Of a DNA stretch of 64,000 nucleotides, positions 19,945-28,962 are shown piece by piece. The notes under the pieces are model-generated. The model was not told where the DNA came from. It saw only the letters and a program-made list of their open reading frames with translations, and did not search any database. The translations under genes were made by a program, and so were the position numbers. Source of the DNA: Gammaproteobacteria bacterium (GTDB lineage: Bacteria > Pseudomonadota > Gammaproteobacteria > Methylococcales > Methylococcaceae); assembly GCA_009922685.1 (NCBI GenBank), contig RFVA01000002.1, positions 18,215 through 82,214 on the forward strand, given 5' to 3'. Positions within the stretch are counted from its first letter, which is position 1; every line of letters begins with the position of its first letter.

Positions 19945-20126
19945 GTTGTCATCCTCCAAAAAGTAAATTCGTTGTTCTTGGGGCAGGCTTTTTAAACCTT
20001 CAGTGCGGAGTATACGTCGCGGTTTTTATGAAATCAACAGCCTCAAGAGGAGGCGATGACGAGCGATTTTTTCGTTTCATGGTGGGTGAGCAGCGTCCTC
20101 CGATCGGAGGCATCAAGGCTGAGCAC

Positions 20127-21752
20127 TCAGCCTTGATGCGGGGCGGTTTTATCGATCATCAACTTGAACTGAATCGCATCGGCGAGCGCTTGGTAGCTGG
20201 CATCGACCATGTTGGCCGAGACACCAACGGTTCCCCATTCGGCATGACCATCGGTCGACTCAATGAGTACTCTGACGGTGGCGCGGGTAGCCTGATTGGT
20301 GGTGAGGACACGGACCTTGAAGTCGGTGAGTCGCATGCTGGCAAGGCCTGGGTAGAAAGGCAGCAAGGCTTCCCTCAAGGCATTATCCATGGCATTGACT
20401 GGGCCATTGCCTCGCGCGCTGGTGCTGGTGATCTCCTCGCCCACACGGAGGGTTACTGAAACCTCCGACATTGGTGCATCCTGATCGCCATGACGTTCGT
20501 CAATCACCCTGAATTCCTTGAGTTCAAAGTAGGGCGCGAAACGCTTCATCGCTTTCAGGAGAAGGAGCTGGAAGGAGGCTTCAGCGCCTTCATAGGCAAA
20601 ACCCCTGTTTTCGAGTTCCTTAACGCGATTGATAGCCGTCCTAATCGCCGGATCATTGGCGTCCTGAGCCACATCAAAGCCCATTTCGGCCATTTTCAGC
20701 TGGACACTACTTTTACCGGCTTGATCTGAAATCAGAATCAATCGGTCATTACCCACCTGTTCGGGGTCGAGGTGCTCATAAAGCCTCGATTCCTTCTGAA
20801 CAGCCGATGCATGAATGCCGCCTTTGTGGGCAAATGCGTTGTGCCCGACAAAGGGCTGATAGGGCCAGGGTTGGCGGTTGGCCATTTCATTGACGAAACG
20901 AGACAGCGAGGAAAGCTGTTTCAGTCGTTCACGATCAACCCCACAATCTAGCCCCATTTTCAGTTGCAGAATGGGAATGATTGAGACCAGATTGGCATTG
21001 CCGCAGCGCTCACCAATGCCATTGATGGTGCCCTGGACCATACGGGCGCCGGCCTCGGTGGCAGCCACTGAATTGGCGACAGCCAGCTCCGAATCGTTGT
21101 GCGCATGAATGCCGATGAGGATCCCTGGACAATGACGAACGACATCGGCAACGGTGGCTGCGACCTGAGAGGGGATGCTGCCACCGTTAGTGTCACAAAG
21201 GACCAGTCCATCCGCCCCTGCCGATTGAGCGGCTTTTAGAACCTCAAGGGCATATTCCGGGTTGTCGCGGTACCCATCAAAGAAATGCTCGGCGTCAAAA
21301 AAGACGGTCGGTAGTTGTTCCTTCAGCCAGCTGATGGTGTCCTGAATGAGGTCGAGATTTTCAGGGAGACTGATACCCAGGGCTTTGTTGACATGAAGAT
21401 CCCAGCTTTTCCCAAAAACACAGACCCCATCGGCGCCACTGTCGACCAGATGTCGAAGGCCCAGATCCTCGCTTGCCGATTTGCCGGGGCGCGCCATGCT
21501 GCCAAAGGCAATCAGCTTTGTTTTGGTCCACTGTCGCTGCCGCATTCGCTCGAAGAATTCGGTGTCCTTAGGGCTTGCTCCAGGCCATCCGCCCTCGATC
21601 CAGCCGAGTTGAAAATCCGCTAAACGTTCAGCAATCCGAACTTTATCCTCGAGAGAAAAGTTGATGCCGGCGGTCTGGCTGCCATCACGAAGGGTGGTAT
21701 CGAAGAGTTCTATCGTTTGTGGGTTAAGTGGCATGGGTGACACCGCAATCAT
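20127..21752 (-). CDS. cimA: (R)-citramalate synthase (CimA; LeuA-like long form)
   Basis: 541 aa. FDTTLRDGSQTAGINFSLEDKVRIAERLADFQLGWIEGGWPGASPKD, plus the HxH metal motif (IHAHND) and a C-terminal LeuA-dimer regulatory domain. This is the pattern of proteobacterial CimA rather than LeuA. Confidence 0.85.
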   Translation of the reverse strand: MIAVSPMPLNPQTIELFDTTLRDGSQTAGINFSLEDKVRIAERLADFQLGWIEGGWPGASPKDTEFFERMRQRQWTKTKLIAFGSMARPGKSASEDLGLRHLVDSGADGVCVFGKSWDLHVNKALGISLPENLDLIQDTISWLKEQLPTVFFDAEHFFDGYRDNPEYALEVLKAAQSAGADGLVLCDTNGGSIPSQVAATVADVVRHCPGILIGIHAHNDSELAVANSVAATEAGARMVQGTINGIGERCGNANLVSIIPILQLKMGLDCGVDRERLKQLSSLSRFVNEMANRQPWPYQPFVGHNAFAHKGGIHASAVQKESRLYEHLDPEQVGNDRLILISDQAGKSSVQLKMAEMGFDVAQDANDPAIRTAINRVKELENRGFAYEGAEASFQLLLLKAMKRFAPYFELKEFRVIDERHGDQDAPMSEVSVTLRVGEEITSTSARGNGPVNAMDNALREALLPFYPGLASMRLTDFKVRVLTTNQATRATVRVLIESTDGHAEWGTVGVSANMVDASYQALADAIQFKLMIDKTAPHQG

Positions 21753-22630
21753 CAGGTATTCAGTTCAGGGCGAAATTGTGAGGGCCAATCTCGGTAATTG
21801 AAGACCTGCCCGGTCTTCCGGATGTGTGCGATGGCGGCGAGATCGAGATCTGCAAAAACCCATTGCGGTTCGTTCAGTGCTCCGATGGCTAAAACGCCGT
21901 TGTCTGGGAACCCATAATCGACGGGGGTATAAACCGCAGCGGCTCCAATATTGATATCGACAGCCTCTGACCAAGGGGCTGTCCCTACCGTAGGTGATTG
22001 CACCACAAAGCACTGGTTCTCAAGCGCGCGGGCCTGACATCCAATACGGACCCGCCAGTAGCCCGCCAGGGTGTCGGTGCAACTCGGAACCACAATGAGG
22101 TCAGCCCCCGCTTCGACTTGTCGACGGGCGATCATCGGGAATTCACTGTCATAGCAGATGTTGATGCCGATTCGGCCATGAACCGTCTCAAAGGTCCGGA
22201 TGTCGTTTCCTGCGCTGATGAACCATTGTTCATTTTCAAAACGAGTCATCTGGAGTTTGTCCTGATGATCGGATCGTCCATCGGGGTGAAAGAGATAGGC
22301 GCGGTTACGATATTCACTTGGAAGATGACGGACTGGAAAGCTGCCGGCTATCAGGGTGATCCCATGATGCTCGGCTAGTCGTCCAAAGAGGCGTTTGAAT
22401 TCCGGGAGGACCTCTTGCAGGGCTTCCAGCTCTTTTGAAAGTGATCGAGCGCCATGGGCCTCAAACAACGAGGCCAGTTCCATACTGAAGTATTCTGGAA
22501 AGACCAGCAGTTTGGCGCCGCCCTCGACGGCTTTCTGCACCCACTGGCTTATCTTGGCCTCATAGGCTTCAAGGCTTCCAAATTGACCAATGTCGTATTG
22601 CGCCGTTGCGATCCGAAAAGCCTGCTCCAT
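21752..22630 (-). CDS. Carbon-nitrogen hydrolase (nitrilase superfamily) protein
   Basis: 292 aa with the E-K-C triad context: LLVFPEYF (Glu), ...YRNRAYLF...HQDKLQMTRFE (Lys) and ICYDSEFP (Cys). Its stop overlaps the cimA start by 1 nt. Confidence 0.85.
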   Translation of the reverse strand: MEQAFRIATAQYDIGQFGSLEAYEAKISQWVQKAVEGGAKLLVFPEYFSMELASLFEAHGARSLSKELEALQEVLPEFKRLFGRLAEHHGITLIAGSFPVRHLPSEYRNRAYLFHPDGRSDHQDKLQMTRFENEQWFISAGNDIRTFETVHGRIGINICYDSEFPMIARRQVEAGADLIVVPSCTDTLAGYWRVRIGCQARALENQCFVVQSPTVGTAPWSEAVDINIGAAAVYTPVDYGFPDNGVLAIGALNEPQWVFADLDLAAIAHIRKTGQVFNYRDWPSQFRPELNT

Positions 22631-23244
22631 CAGCGGGTCTCCTTTAAGGATTTCAACCAGAAGATCATGGTTTTGGGGGTTTCTACTAAATGATCCACAT
22701 CCTTCCAGTCATACGTGGTCGAGAGTTCGGGGTGCTTTTGGTAGCCAAACTTGCCCCAGACTCGGTCGAGGGGGACATAATCTAAGGGTCTCAAGGGGTG
22801 ATTTTCGGCGCGGACCACACAGCAGAAACAGCAAAGGTCGAAGCGTCCAAGAGAGCGGGCATGGCCTTCTCTTTCTTCAAAGAAGCGAGGATAGACGCCG
22901 CGCCCTCGATAGGCAGGGAGGAGAACCGACTCGGCGCAGTAGAAGATCGTTTTGGGATCATAACCCGCCGCAATGAAGGGCGCCTGAAACTCGGGCGTTT
23001 CATCCGCCATCGGAAGGCCGGTCGTCGCACCGACCACTCGGTCTCCATCAAGGACCAGAACCACAAGGCTGTCCGGGCAACGGGTGTAGGTCTCGAGATA
23101 CTTTTCCTCATACTCGGCAGTGCCGTCGTAGAGATAGGGAAAGTCACGAAAGACCTCCATGCGCAGGTCAGCGAGGTCCTTCAAGAAGGGCCTTAATTCA
23201 GGATCGTTGCCGTTGAATCGGCGAATCGTGAGTGCTTCAGTCAT
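22630..23244 (-). CDS. GNAT-family N-acetyltransferase
   Basis: 204 aa with an acetyl-CoA-binding-like segment (LLPAYRGRGVYPRFFEERE). Its stop overlaps the start of the C-N hydrolase gene by 1 nt. Confidence 0.75.
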   Translation of the reverse strand: MTEALTIRRFNGNDPELRPFLKDLADLRMEVFRDFPYLYDGTAEYEEKYLETYTRCPDSLVVLVLDGDRVVGATTGLPMADETPEFQAPFIAAGYDPKTIFYCAESVLLPAYRGRGVYPRFFEEREGHARSLGRFDLCCFCCVVRAENHPLRPLDYVPLDRVWGKFGYQKHPELSTTYDWKDVDHLVETPKTMIFWLKSLKETR

Positions 23245-23271
23245 GGTCCTGATGGGCTTCCAGTCTTTACC

Positions 23272-23679
23272 TCAGGCGCTGACTTGAGCGATCCAGTCTT
23301 CGAGGTTGTAGTAGTTGGTGATCCTTGCCACTTTCCCATCGCGAAGATCAAAAAAGGCGCCGGCAGGCAGCCGATAGGTTTGGCCGCGTGCTTCTGGCAA
23401 TCCTTCATCGGTCACCTTATAGGTTCCGAGTACCACAAACTCTGCAGCCGCCCGGGTTCCATCGTCTGAGGTCATGATGACCATCTCGGCCAGTTGTTCA
23501 CCGTAATTTTGATTCATGCGATCCATGAAAGCAGCAAAGGCGGCCTTGCCGATTTCGCGATGTCCCTGGTTAATGTCATGAATGACGTCATCCGTCAAAA
23601 GATTGAGGAAGCTGTCCATATCGCCGGCGTTAAAGGCCGCATAGTAGGCCTCGATAAGAGCGTGGCTCTTTTGATTCAT
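23272..23679 (-). CDS. SnoaL/ketosteroid-isomerase-like (NTF2 fold) protein
   Basis: MNQKSHALIEAYYAAFNAGDMDSFLNLLTDDVIHDINQG...FFDLRDGKVARITNYYNLEDW is a typical NTF2-like pattern. ATG at 23679 is preceded by AAGGAG. The track ORF's 45-aa extension would run into hslR. Confidence 0.7.
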   Translation of the reverse strand: MNQKSHALIEAYYAAFNAGDMDSFLNLLTDDVIHDINQGHREIGKAAFAAFMDRMNQNYGEQLAEMVIMTSDDGTRAAAEFVVLGTYKVTDEGLPEARGQTYRLPAGAFFDLRDGKVARITNYYNLEDWIAQVSA

Positions 23680-23803
23680 GAAGATCTCCTTGATGGGATG
23701 GTGCTGGGGTTGAAGTGATCCCCCAATGCATGACAAACAGCCGAACATTATCCCTCCCATAAACCGCCTTGTCGACCGGACCAGGGGGCGCTGCGCCTTC
23801 GGT

Positions 23804-24214
23804 TCAGTCCTCAATTCGTTTGAAGCGATGGATCAGTCGGCGATCCCGCTTGTTGGGGCGAACATCAAGAGGAATTCCAAGATCTCGTTGCTCTCGGCGC
23901 CTGGCGACTTCGAGTTGACGTTTCTCATGGCTTTCTGTGGATTCTTCATAGAGCTTTGTCGCTTCATCAGCGGGTCGTCTCTGGAGATTCAACCCGGTCA
24001 CGGTAATGTGGAAAGAATAGGGCTCCTTGGTGATCGTGAGTTGGGTGCCGATCGTAATGTCCTTGCTGGGTTTACCTCGATGCCCGTTGACATGAACCTT
24101 ACCGCCGTCGATCGCTTCGATGGCGAGCTGTCGTGTCTTGAAGAATCGGGCGGCCCAAAGCCACTTATCGAGTCGCATGCTGGAGGGATGACGGTCGGTT
24201 GAAATTGAAGCCAT
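23804..24214 (-). CDS. hslR: Ribosome-associated heat shock protein Hsp15 (S4 RNA-binding domain)
   Basis: MRLDKWLWAARFFKTRQLAIEAIDGGKVHVNGHRGKPSKDI is the S4 domain of Hsp15. The start is taken at ATG 24214 (136 aa, close to the E. coli Hsp15 size); ATG 24178 is an alternative. Confidence 0.85.
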   Translation of the reverse strand: MASISTDRHPSSMRLDKWLWAARFFKTRQLAIEAIDGGKVHVNGHRGKPSKDITIGTQLTITKEPYSFHITVTGLNLQRRPADEATKLYEESTESHEKRQLEVARRREQRDLGIPLDVRPNKRDRRLIHRFKRIED

Positions 24215-24366
24215 GGACGTTAAAAATAGGGTTGGGTTCCATTTTTGACATCGGCCTTTACCTTTAAGGGAGCCGGTGGAAAGATCGATGATTCGACTAA
24301 TTTTCAAGGATATGCTAGCATTGCTTTTTTGGGTGGCACAGGCTCAACCGGTGCCGTCTCGACATT

Positions 24367-24393
24367 CGCCCCATCGGGGCGTTTTTAGTTTTT
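24367..24393 (+). terminator. Terminator-like hairpin 1 in the rimP-nusA-infB leader
   Basis: CGCCCCatcGGGGCGtttttagttttt: a 6-bp GC stem plus a U-tract on the + strand. No + strand gene lies upstream, since hslR is divergent. Confidence 0.6.
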
Positions 24394-24410
24394 AGGGACT
24401 GGTTGATGGG

Positions 24411-24437
24411 ATGGGCTTCGTGCCCATTTTTTATTTT
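24411..24437 (+). terminator. Terminator-like hairpin 2 in the rimP-nusA-infB leader
   Basis: ATGGGCttcgtGCCCATtttttattttc: a 6-bp stem plus a U-tract, ending 22 nt before the likely rimP start. The ATG of the hairpin is the (rejected) start of the track ORF. Confidence 0.55.
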
Positions 24438-24458
24438 CGGACGTTTTTGAGGTGTTAC

Positions 24459-24911
24459 TTGAAGGCAAGTAAGGGGCTGACAGAGCTTCTTGATCCTGTG
24501 GTGACTGGAATGGGCTACGAACTCGTCGGGCTAGAGTTCGATGGGCATCAGCGGGTCCTTAGGGTCTATATCGATCATCCCGAGGGGATTCGAGTGGAAG
24601 ATTGCTCCAAGGTGAGCTATCAGTTGAGCGGTGTGCTTGATGTTGAAGATCCTATTCCAGGTCGTTATCAGCTGGAGGTCTCCTCCCCCGGAATGGATCG
24701 CCCCTTGTTTACCCTTGATCACTTCGAGCGTTTCAAAGGTGAGGTGGTGCGTGTGCAGCTTTCAAGGCCCCTTGAAGGCCGGCGCCGGTTCAAAGCGCTG
24801 ATTGAGGACATTGATGGTCATGATCTCGTCCTGGTTGAGGATGGTCAGACCTTCAGAGTTCCGTTCGACATGATTGAAAAGGCGCGATTATCGCCACAAT
24901 TTGACAATTAA
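24459..24911 (+). CDS. rimP: Ribosome maturation factor RimP
   Basis: ...LTELLDPVVTGMGYELVGLEFDGHQRVLRVYIDHPEGIRVEDCSKVSYQLSGVLDVEDPIPGRYQLEVSSPGMDRPL is canonical RimP. I prefer TTG 24459 (GAGGTG 4 nt upstream) because the 24411 start lies inside a terminator hairpin. The start is uncertain. Confidence 0.88.
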   Translation: MKASKGLTELLDPVVTGMGYELVGLEFDGHQRVLRVYIDHPEGIRVEDCSKVSYQLSGVLDVEDPIPGRYQLEVSSPGMDRPLFTLDHFERFKGEVVRVQLSRPLEGRRRFKALIEDIDGHDLVLVEDGQTFRVPFDMIEKARLSPQFDN

Positions 24912-24929
24912 TTTTTGAAGGATGTTGCC

Positions 24930-26435
24930 ATGGCAAACAAAGAAATCCTGCTGGTAGTTGATGCTTTTTCTCATGAGAAGGACATCGAAAAGGAGATCGT
25001 TTTCGCAGCGATTGAGGACGCCTTACGGATGGCGACCATGAAGGGCTATGAGAACCGTATTGACGCGCTGATCAAAATTGATCGCAAGACCGGTGACTAC
25101 GATACCTTCCGGCGCTGGACCGTAGTTGAATCGGATGAGGGGACGATCGAGGAGCCCTTCAATGCGGAGTTGCAGATGACGCTTGAGGATGCGCGCCAGC
25201 GTTTTGGCAGCGCCGAGGTCGGTGGCACCGTGATCGAGCCGATGGATTCCATTGGGTTCGGCCGCATCGAAGCCCAAACCGCGAAGCAGGTCATCGTTCA
25301 GCGAGTCCGTGATGCCGAGCGAAGAAAGGTGGTTGAGGCCTACAAGGATCGGGTCGGTGAGCTGGTGACCGGTATCATCAAGCGCGTTGAACGCGGCAAT
25401 GTCTTTCTGGATCTCGGCAATAACGTTGAGGCCTTTATTCCTCGGGAAGAAATGATCCAACGGGAGGCTGTCCGCTCCGGCGATCGTCTCCGTGGCTACC
25501 TCAAGGAGGTCCGCCAAGAGGTCAGAGGACCGCAGCTCTTTGTGACGAGAACATCGCCTGACCTCATCGTTGCCCTGTTTAAGCTGGAGGTGCCGGAGGT
25601 GAGCGAAGGCATCATCGAAATTGTCGGTGCCGCTAGGGATCCTGGGGTCAGGGCCAAAATTGCGGTGCGAAGTCATGATCCACGCCTTGATCCTGTCGGT
25701 GCTTGCGTGGGTATGCGGGGATCAAGGGTTCAGGCGGTCTCCAACGAATTGGCTGGCGAGCGCGTCGATATCATTCTCTGGAATGAAAATGAAGCCCAGT
25801 TTGTGGTGAATGCGATGTCCCCTGCGGAAATCGTCTCCATCGTAATGGATGAAGATCGCCATTCGATGGATATTGCTGTTAGCGATGAGAATCTATCTAT
25901 GGCGATTGGCCGCGGTGGGCAGAATGTTCGTTTGGCTTCTGAGCTAACGGGATGGACGCTGAACGTGATGAGCGAGACCCAGGCCGAGGAAAAGAGTGAG
26001 AAGGAAACCGAGGTCTTGATTCAGTCTTTCGTGCAACAGCTGGATGTGGACGAAGGCGTGGCTGAAATCTTGGTGCGCGAAGGCTTTTCGACCGTCGAAG
26101 AGCTGGCCTACGTTCCTGCTAAGGAATTGCTGGAAATCGACGAATTCGACGAGGATATCGTGGAGGAGCTTCGCAATCGTGCTCGGGACTCTTTGCTGAT
26201 CAAGGCCATTGCCAGTGAGGAGAAGCTCGAACCCGGAGAACCGGCGGCAGATCTTCTGACGATGGAGGGAATGGACTCAGAGCTTGCGGAGGCGCTGGCG
26301 GGTCGGGGAGTCACCACCATGGAGGATCTCGCTGAGTTGTCCATCGATGAGATGCTGGATATCAAGGGTATGGACGAAGCACGAGCGGGCCAGTTGATCA
26401 TGGTCGCTCGCCGGCCCTGGTTTGCGGAAAGTTAA
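24930..26435 (+). CDS. nusA: Transcription termination/antitermination factor NusA
   Basis: MANKEILLVVDAFSHEKDIEKEIVFAAIEDAL..., with S1 and two KH domains (MAIGRGGQNVRLASELTGW) and C-terminal acidic AR repeats. ATG at 24930 is preferred over the TTG at 24915. Confidence 0.97.
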   Translation: MANKEILLVVDAFSHEKDIEKEIVFAAIEDALRMATMKGYENRIDALIKIDRKTGDYDTFRRWTVVESDEGTIEEPFNAELQMTLEDARQRFGSAEVGGTVIEPMDSIGFGRIEAQTAKQVIVQRVRDAERRKVVEAYKDRVGELVTGIIKRVERGNVFLDLGNNVEAFIPREEMIQREAVRSGDRLRGYLKEVRQEVRGPQLFVTRTSPDLIVALFKLEVPEVSEGIIEIVGAARDPGVRAKIAVRSHDPRLDPVGACVGMRGSRVQAVSNELAGERVDIILWNENEAQFVVNAMSPAEIVSIVMDEDRHSMDIAVSDENLSMAIGRGGQNVRLASELTGWTLNVMSETQAEEKSEKETEVLIQSFVQQLDVDEGVAEILVREGFSTVEELAYVPAKELLEIDEFDEDIVEELRNRARDSLLIKAIASEEKLEPGEPAADLLTMEGMDSELAEALAGRGVTTMEDLAELSIDEMLDIKGMDEARAGQLIMVARRPWFAES

Positions 26436-26462
26436 CCGAATGCGGAAGAGCAGAGGCTAAGT

Positions 26463-28962
26463 ATGAGCGATTTAACAGTACGTCAACTGGCTGAAGTAGT
26501 CGGGATCCCATTGGAGCGGTTGCTTTCTCAGTTGAGTGAGGCGGGCCTCGAGAAGGGAGGTGCCGATGAACTTCTGACCGATACCGAAAAAATGACCTTT
26601 CTGAATTTCCTCCGCCAAAGTCATGGCAAGGCAGAAGGGGAGGACCTTAATAATCCGAAGCGAGTCACCCTGCAGCGCCGCACCGTGAGCGAGCTGAAGC
26701 AAGGCAAGACAGCGCCCGGCAAGACGGCAAAGACCATCAGCGTCGAGGTCCGCAAGAAACGAACCTATGTCAAGCGCAGCGAACTGCCGGAAGTCAGCGA
26801 GCAGCGCCATGAAGTTGAGCAGGCCCAACAAGCCCTTGAGGAACAGCAACGTCGAGACCTAGAGGCCGAAGCGCAGCGCAAGCTTCGCGAAGAGGATGAG
26901 CAGCGCAAGGCCGAAGCCCTCGAGCAGCTTCGTCGCGAGGAGCTCGAGCGCATTGCCAAAGAACAGCAGCAGCAGATGGAGGCTGCCAGGGCCGTGGAAG
27001 AAGAGTCACTGAAGGTGGAAGAGACCCCGGAAGTGATCATCGATGAGCTGCCCATTGAGCCTTTGATGGACGAGGTGGTCGTTGAGCGTGCCAAGCCGCA
27101 ACCGGCGCCGATTCGGAATCTCCAGGCGGAAGAAGATGATCGCCGCTCAAAGAAAAAGGAGCGCGAAAAGGGTCTTGAAGATGGACTCGGTCTCGATAGT
27201 CTTCGAGCCAAGCCTAAGATGAAGAAGAAGCTGAAGTCAGGCAAGGCTGCGGTCATGCCTGAATCCCGCCATGGTTTTGAACGGCCGACGAGCCCCATGG
27301 TTCGTGACGTGAGTATTCCAGAATCGATTACGGTTTCAGAGCTTTCCAACCGGATGTCGGTGAAGGCGCCTGAGGTGATCAAAACACTCATGAAAATGGG
27401 GGTGATGGCCACTATTAATCAGATGTTGGATCAGGATACGGCGATTCTGGTCGTTGAGGAAATGGGTCACACGGCCATTCGTCAGGTCGAAGACGTCCTT
27501 GAGGCTGAAATTGAAGCGACCCTGAATCTCGCGGCACAGGCGGAACAGACGCCAAGAGCGCCGGTGGTGACCATCATGGGTCACGTCGATCACGGGAAGA
27601 CCTCCCTCCTTGATTACATCCGGAAGAGCCGCGTCGCCGCCGGTGAAGCCGGGGGCATTACCCAGCATATCGGCGCCTACCAGGTCAAAACCGATCATGG
27701 CTCGGTGACTTTTCTCGATACTCCAGGTCATGCGGCATTCACCGCCATGCGGGCCCGTGGCGCTCAAGCGACCGATATCGTCGTCCTGGTCGTGGCTGCT
27801 GATGATGGCGTGATGCCGCAAACGCGCGAGGCGATCGATCACTCCCGCGCGGCTGGCGTCCCTATGGTGGTGGCGGTGAACAAAGTGGATAAGCCTGAGG
27901 CGGATCCTGAGAAGGTCAAGCATGAATTGACTAATTTCAATGTCATTCCCGAGGAGTGGGGTGGCGATTGTCAGTTTGTTGAGGTCTCGGCCAAAACCGG
28001 TCAAGGGATTGATGGGCTGCTTGATGCCATTCTTTTGCAGGCGGAGGTTCTCGAACTCAAGGCCGCCCATACCATTCCAGCGACGGGCGTGGTGCTTGAG
28101 TCGAAACTAGAAAAGGGCCGTGGACCTGTTGCCGACATCCTGATTCAGCAAGGTCACCTTAAGAAGGGCGATTTCCTCTTGTGTGGCATGGAGTTTGGGC
28201 GGGTGCGTGCCATGTTCAATGAAAATGGTAAGCCTCTCAAGGAAGCGGGCCCTTCTTGCCCGGTCGAGGTATTGGGTCTTTCCGGTGCGCCTAATGCTGG
28301 AGATGAGTTCATCGTTGTTTCAGATGAGCGAAAGGCACGCGAAATCGCCATACAGCGTGGATCTCAACATCATCATCAAGGCGGATGTTCAGGGCAGCCT
28401 TGAGGCCCTTCGGAGTTCCCTGACGGATCTCTCGACCGACAAGGTCAAGGTGAAGGTCATTGGGGGTGGTGTTGGTGGTATCAGCGAGTCTGATGCGAAC
28501 CTCGCGCTGGCCTCGAATGCCATCATCATCGGTTTCAATGTCCGCGCTGATTCTGGTGCTAGGAAGCTGATCGAAGACCGCGGCATTGACCTCCATTACT
28601 ACAGCATCATTTACGAGGCCATTGACGAAATCAAGAAATCTCTCAAGGGCATGCTCGAGCCGGAGTTCCGTGAGCAGATCGTCGGTAATGCGGAGGTTCG
28701 TGATGTGTTCCGTCATCCGAAGTTTGGGGCGATCGCCGGCTGTATGGTCACAGAAGGGTTTGTGAAGCGTAATCTGCCGATCCGTGTTCTCCGCGACAAT
28801 GTCGTCATCTTTGAAGGGCAGCTCGATTCGTTGCGTCGTTTCAAGGACGATGTGGCTGAGGTCAAGGCCGGCATGGAATGCGGGATGGGTGTTAAGAACT
28901 ACAATGAAATCAAGGTGGGCGACCAGATCGAAGTCTTTGAAAAGGTTCAGGTTCCGAGCTGA
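26463..28962 (+). pseudogene. infB: Translation initiation factor IF-2, interrupted: the N-terminal, G and G3 part is in one frame (26463..28403) and the C1-C2 part is in the +1 frame (about 28360..28962)
   Basis: Frame A: [16 protein letters not shown]..., the G domain ([26 protein letters not shown]), then ...[21 protein letters not shown], then nonsense ([13 protein letters not shown]). Frame B resumes ...[22 protein letters not shown]... and runs to the normal C-terminus, ...[14 protein letters not shown]. The roughly 30-aa helix that homologs carry between KAREVA and LNIVLKADVQGS is absent. Confidence 0.9.

Noticed and set aside
19926-20459. 177-aa + strand ORF spanning the pqqA promoter region and the 3' end of cimA.
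   Set aside because: It overlaps pqqA and cimA on the opposite strand. It has no family resemblance and its sequence looks like a shadow frame.
24334-24350. TGGCAC in the rimP leader, which looks like the -24 element of a sigma54 promoter.
   Set aside because: The required TTGC(A/T) -12 element is absent at the N5 spacing; the sequence is TGGCACaggctCAAC. TGGCAC also forms part of a local stem (GGCAC...GTGCC).
28183-28403. Programmed +1 ribosomal frameshift as the explanation for the two infB frames.
   Set aside because: Even with a shift anywhere in the overlap, the conserved ~30-aa linker helix between KAREIA and [12 protein letters not shown] would still be missing. No prfB-like slippery site with an upstream SD is visible. 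A deletion or an assembly error fits better.
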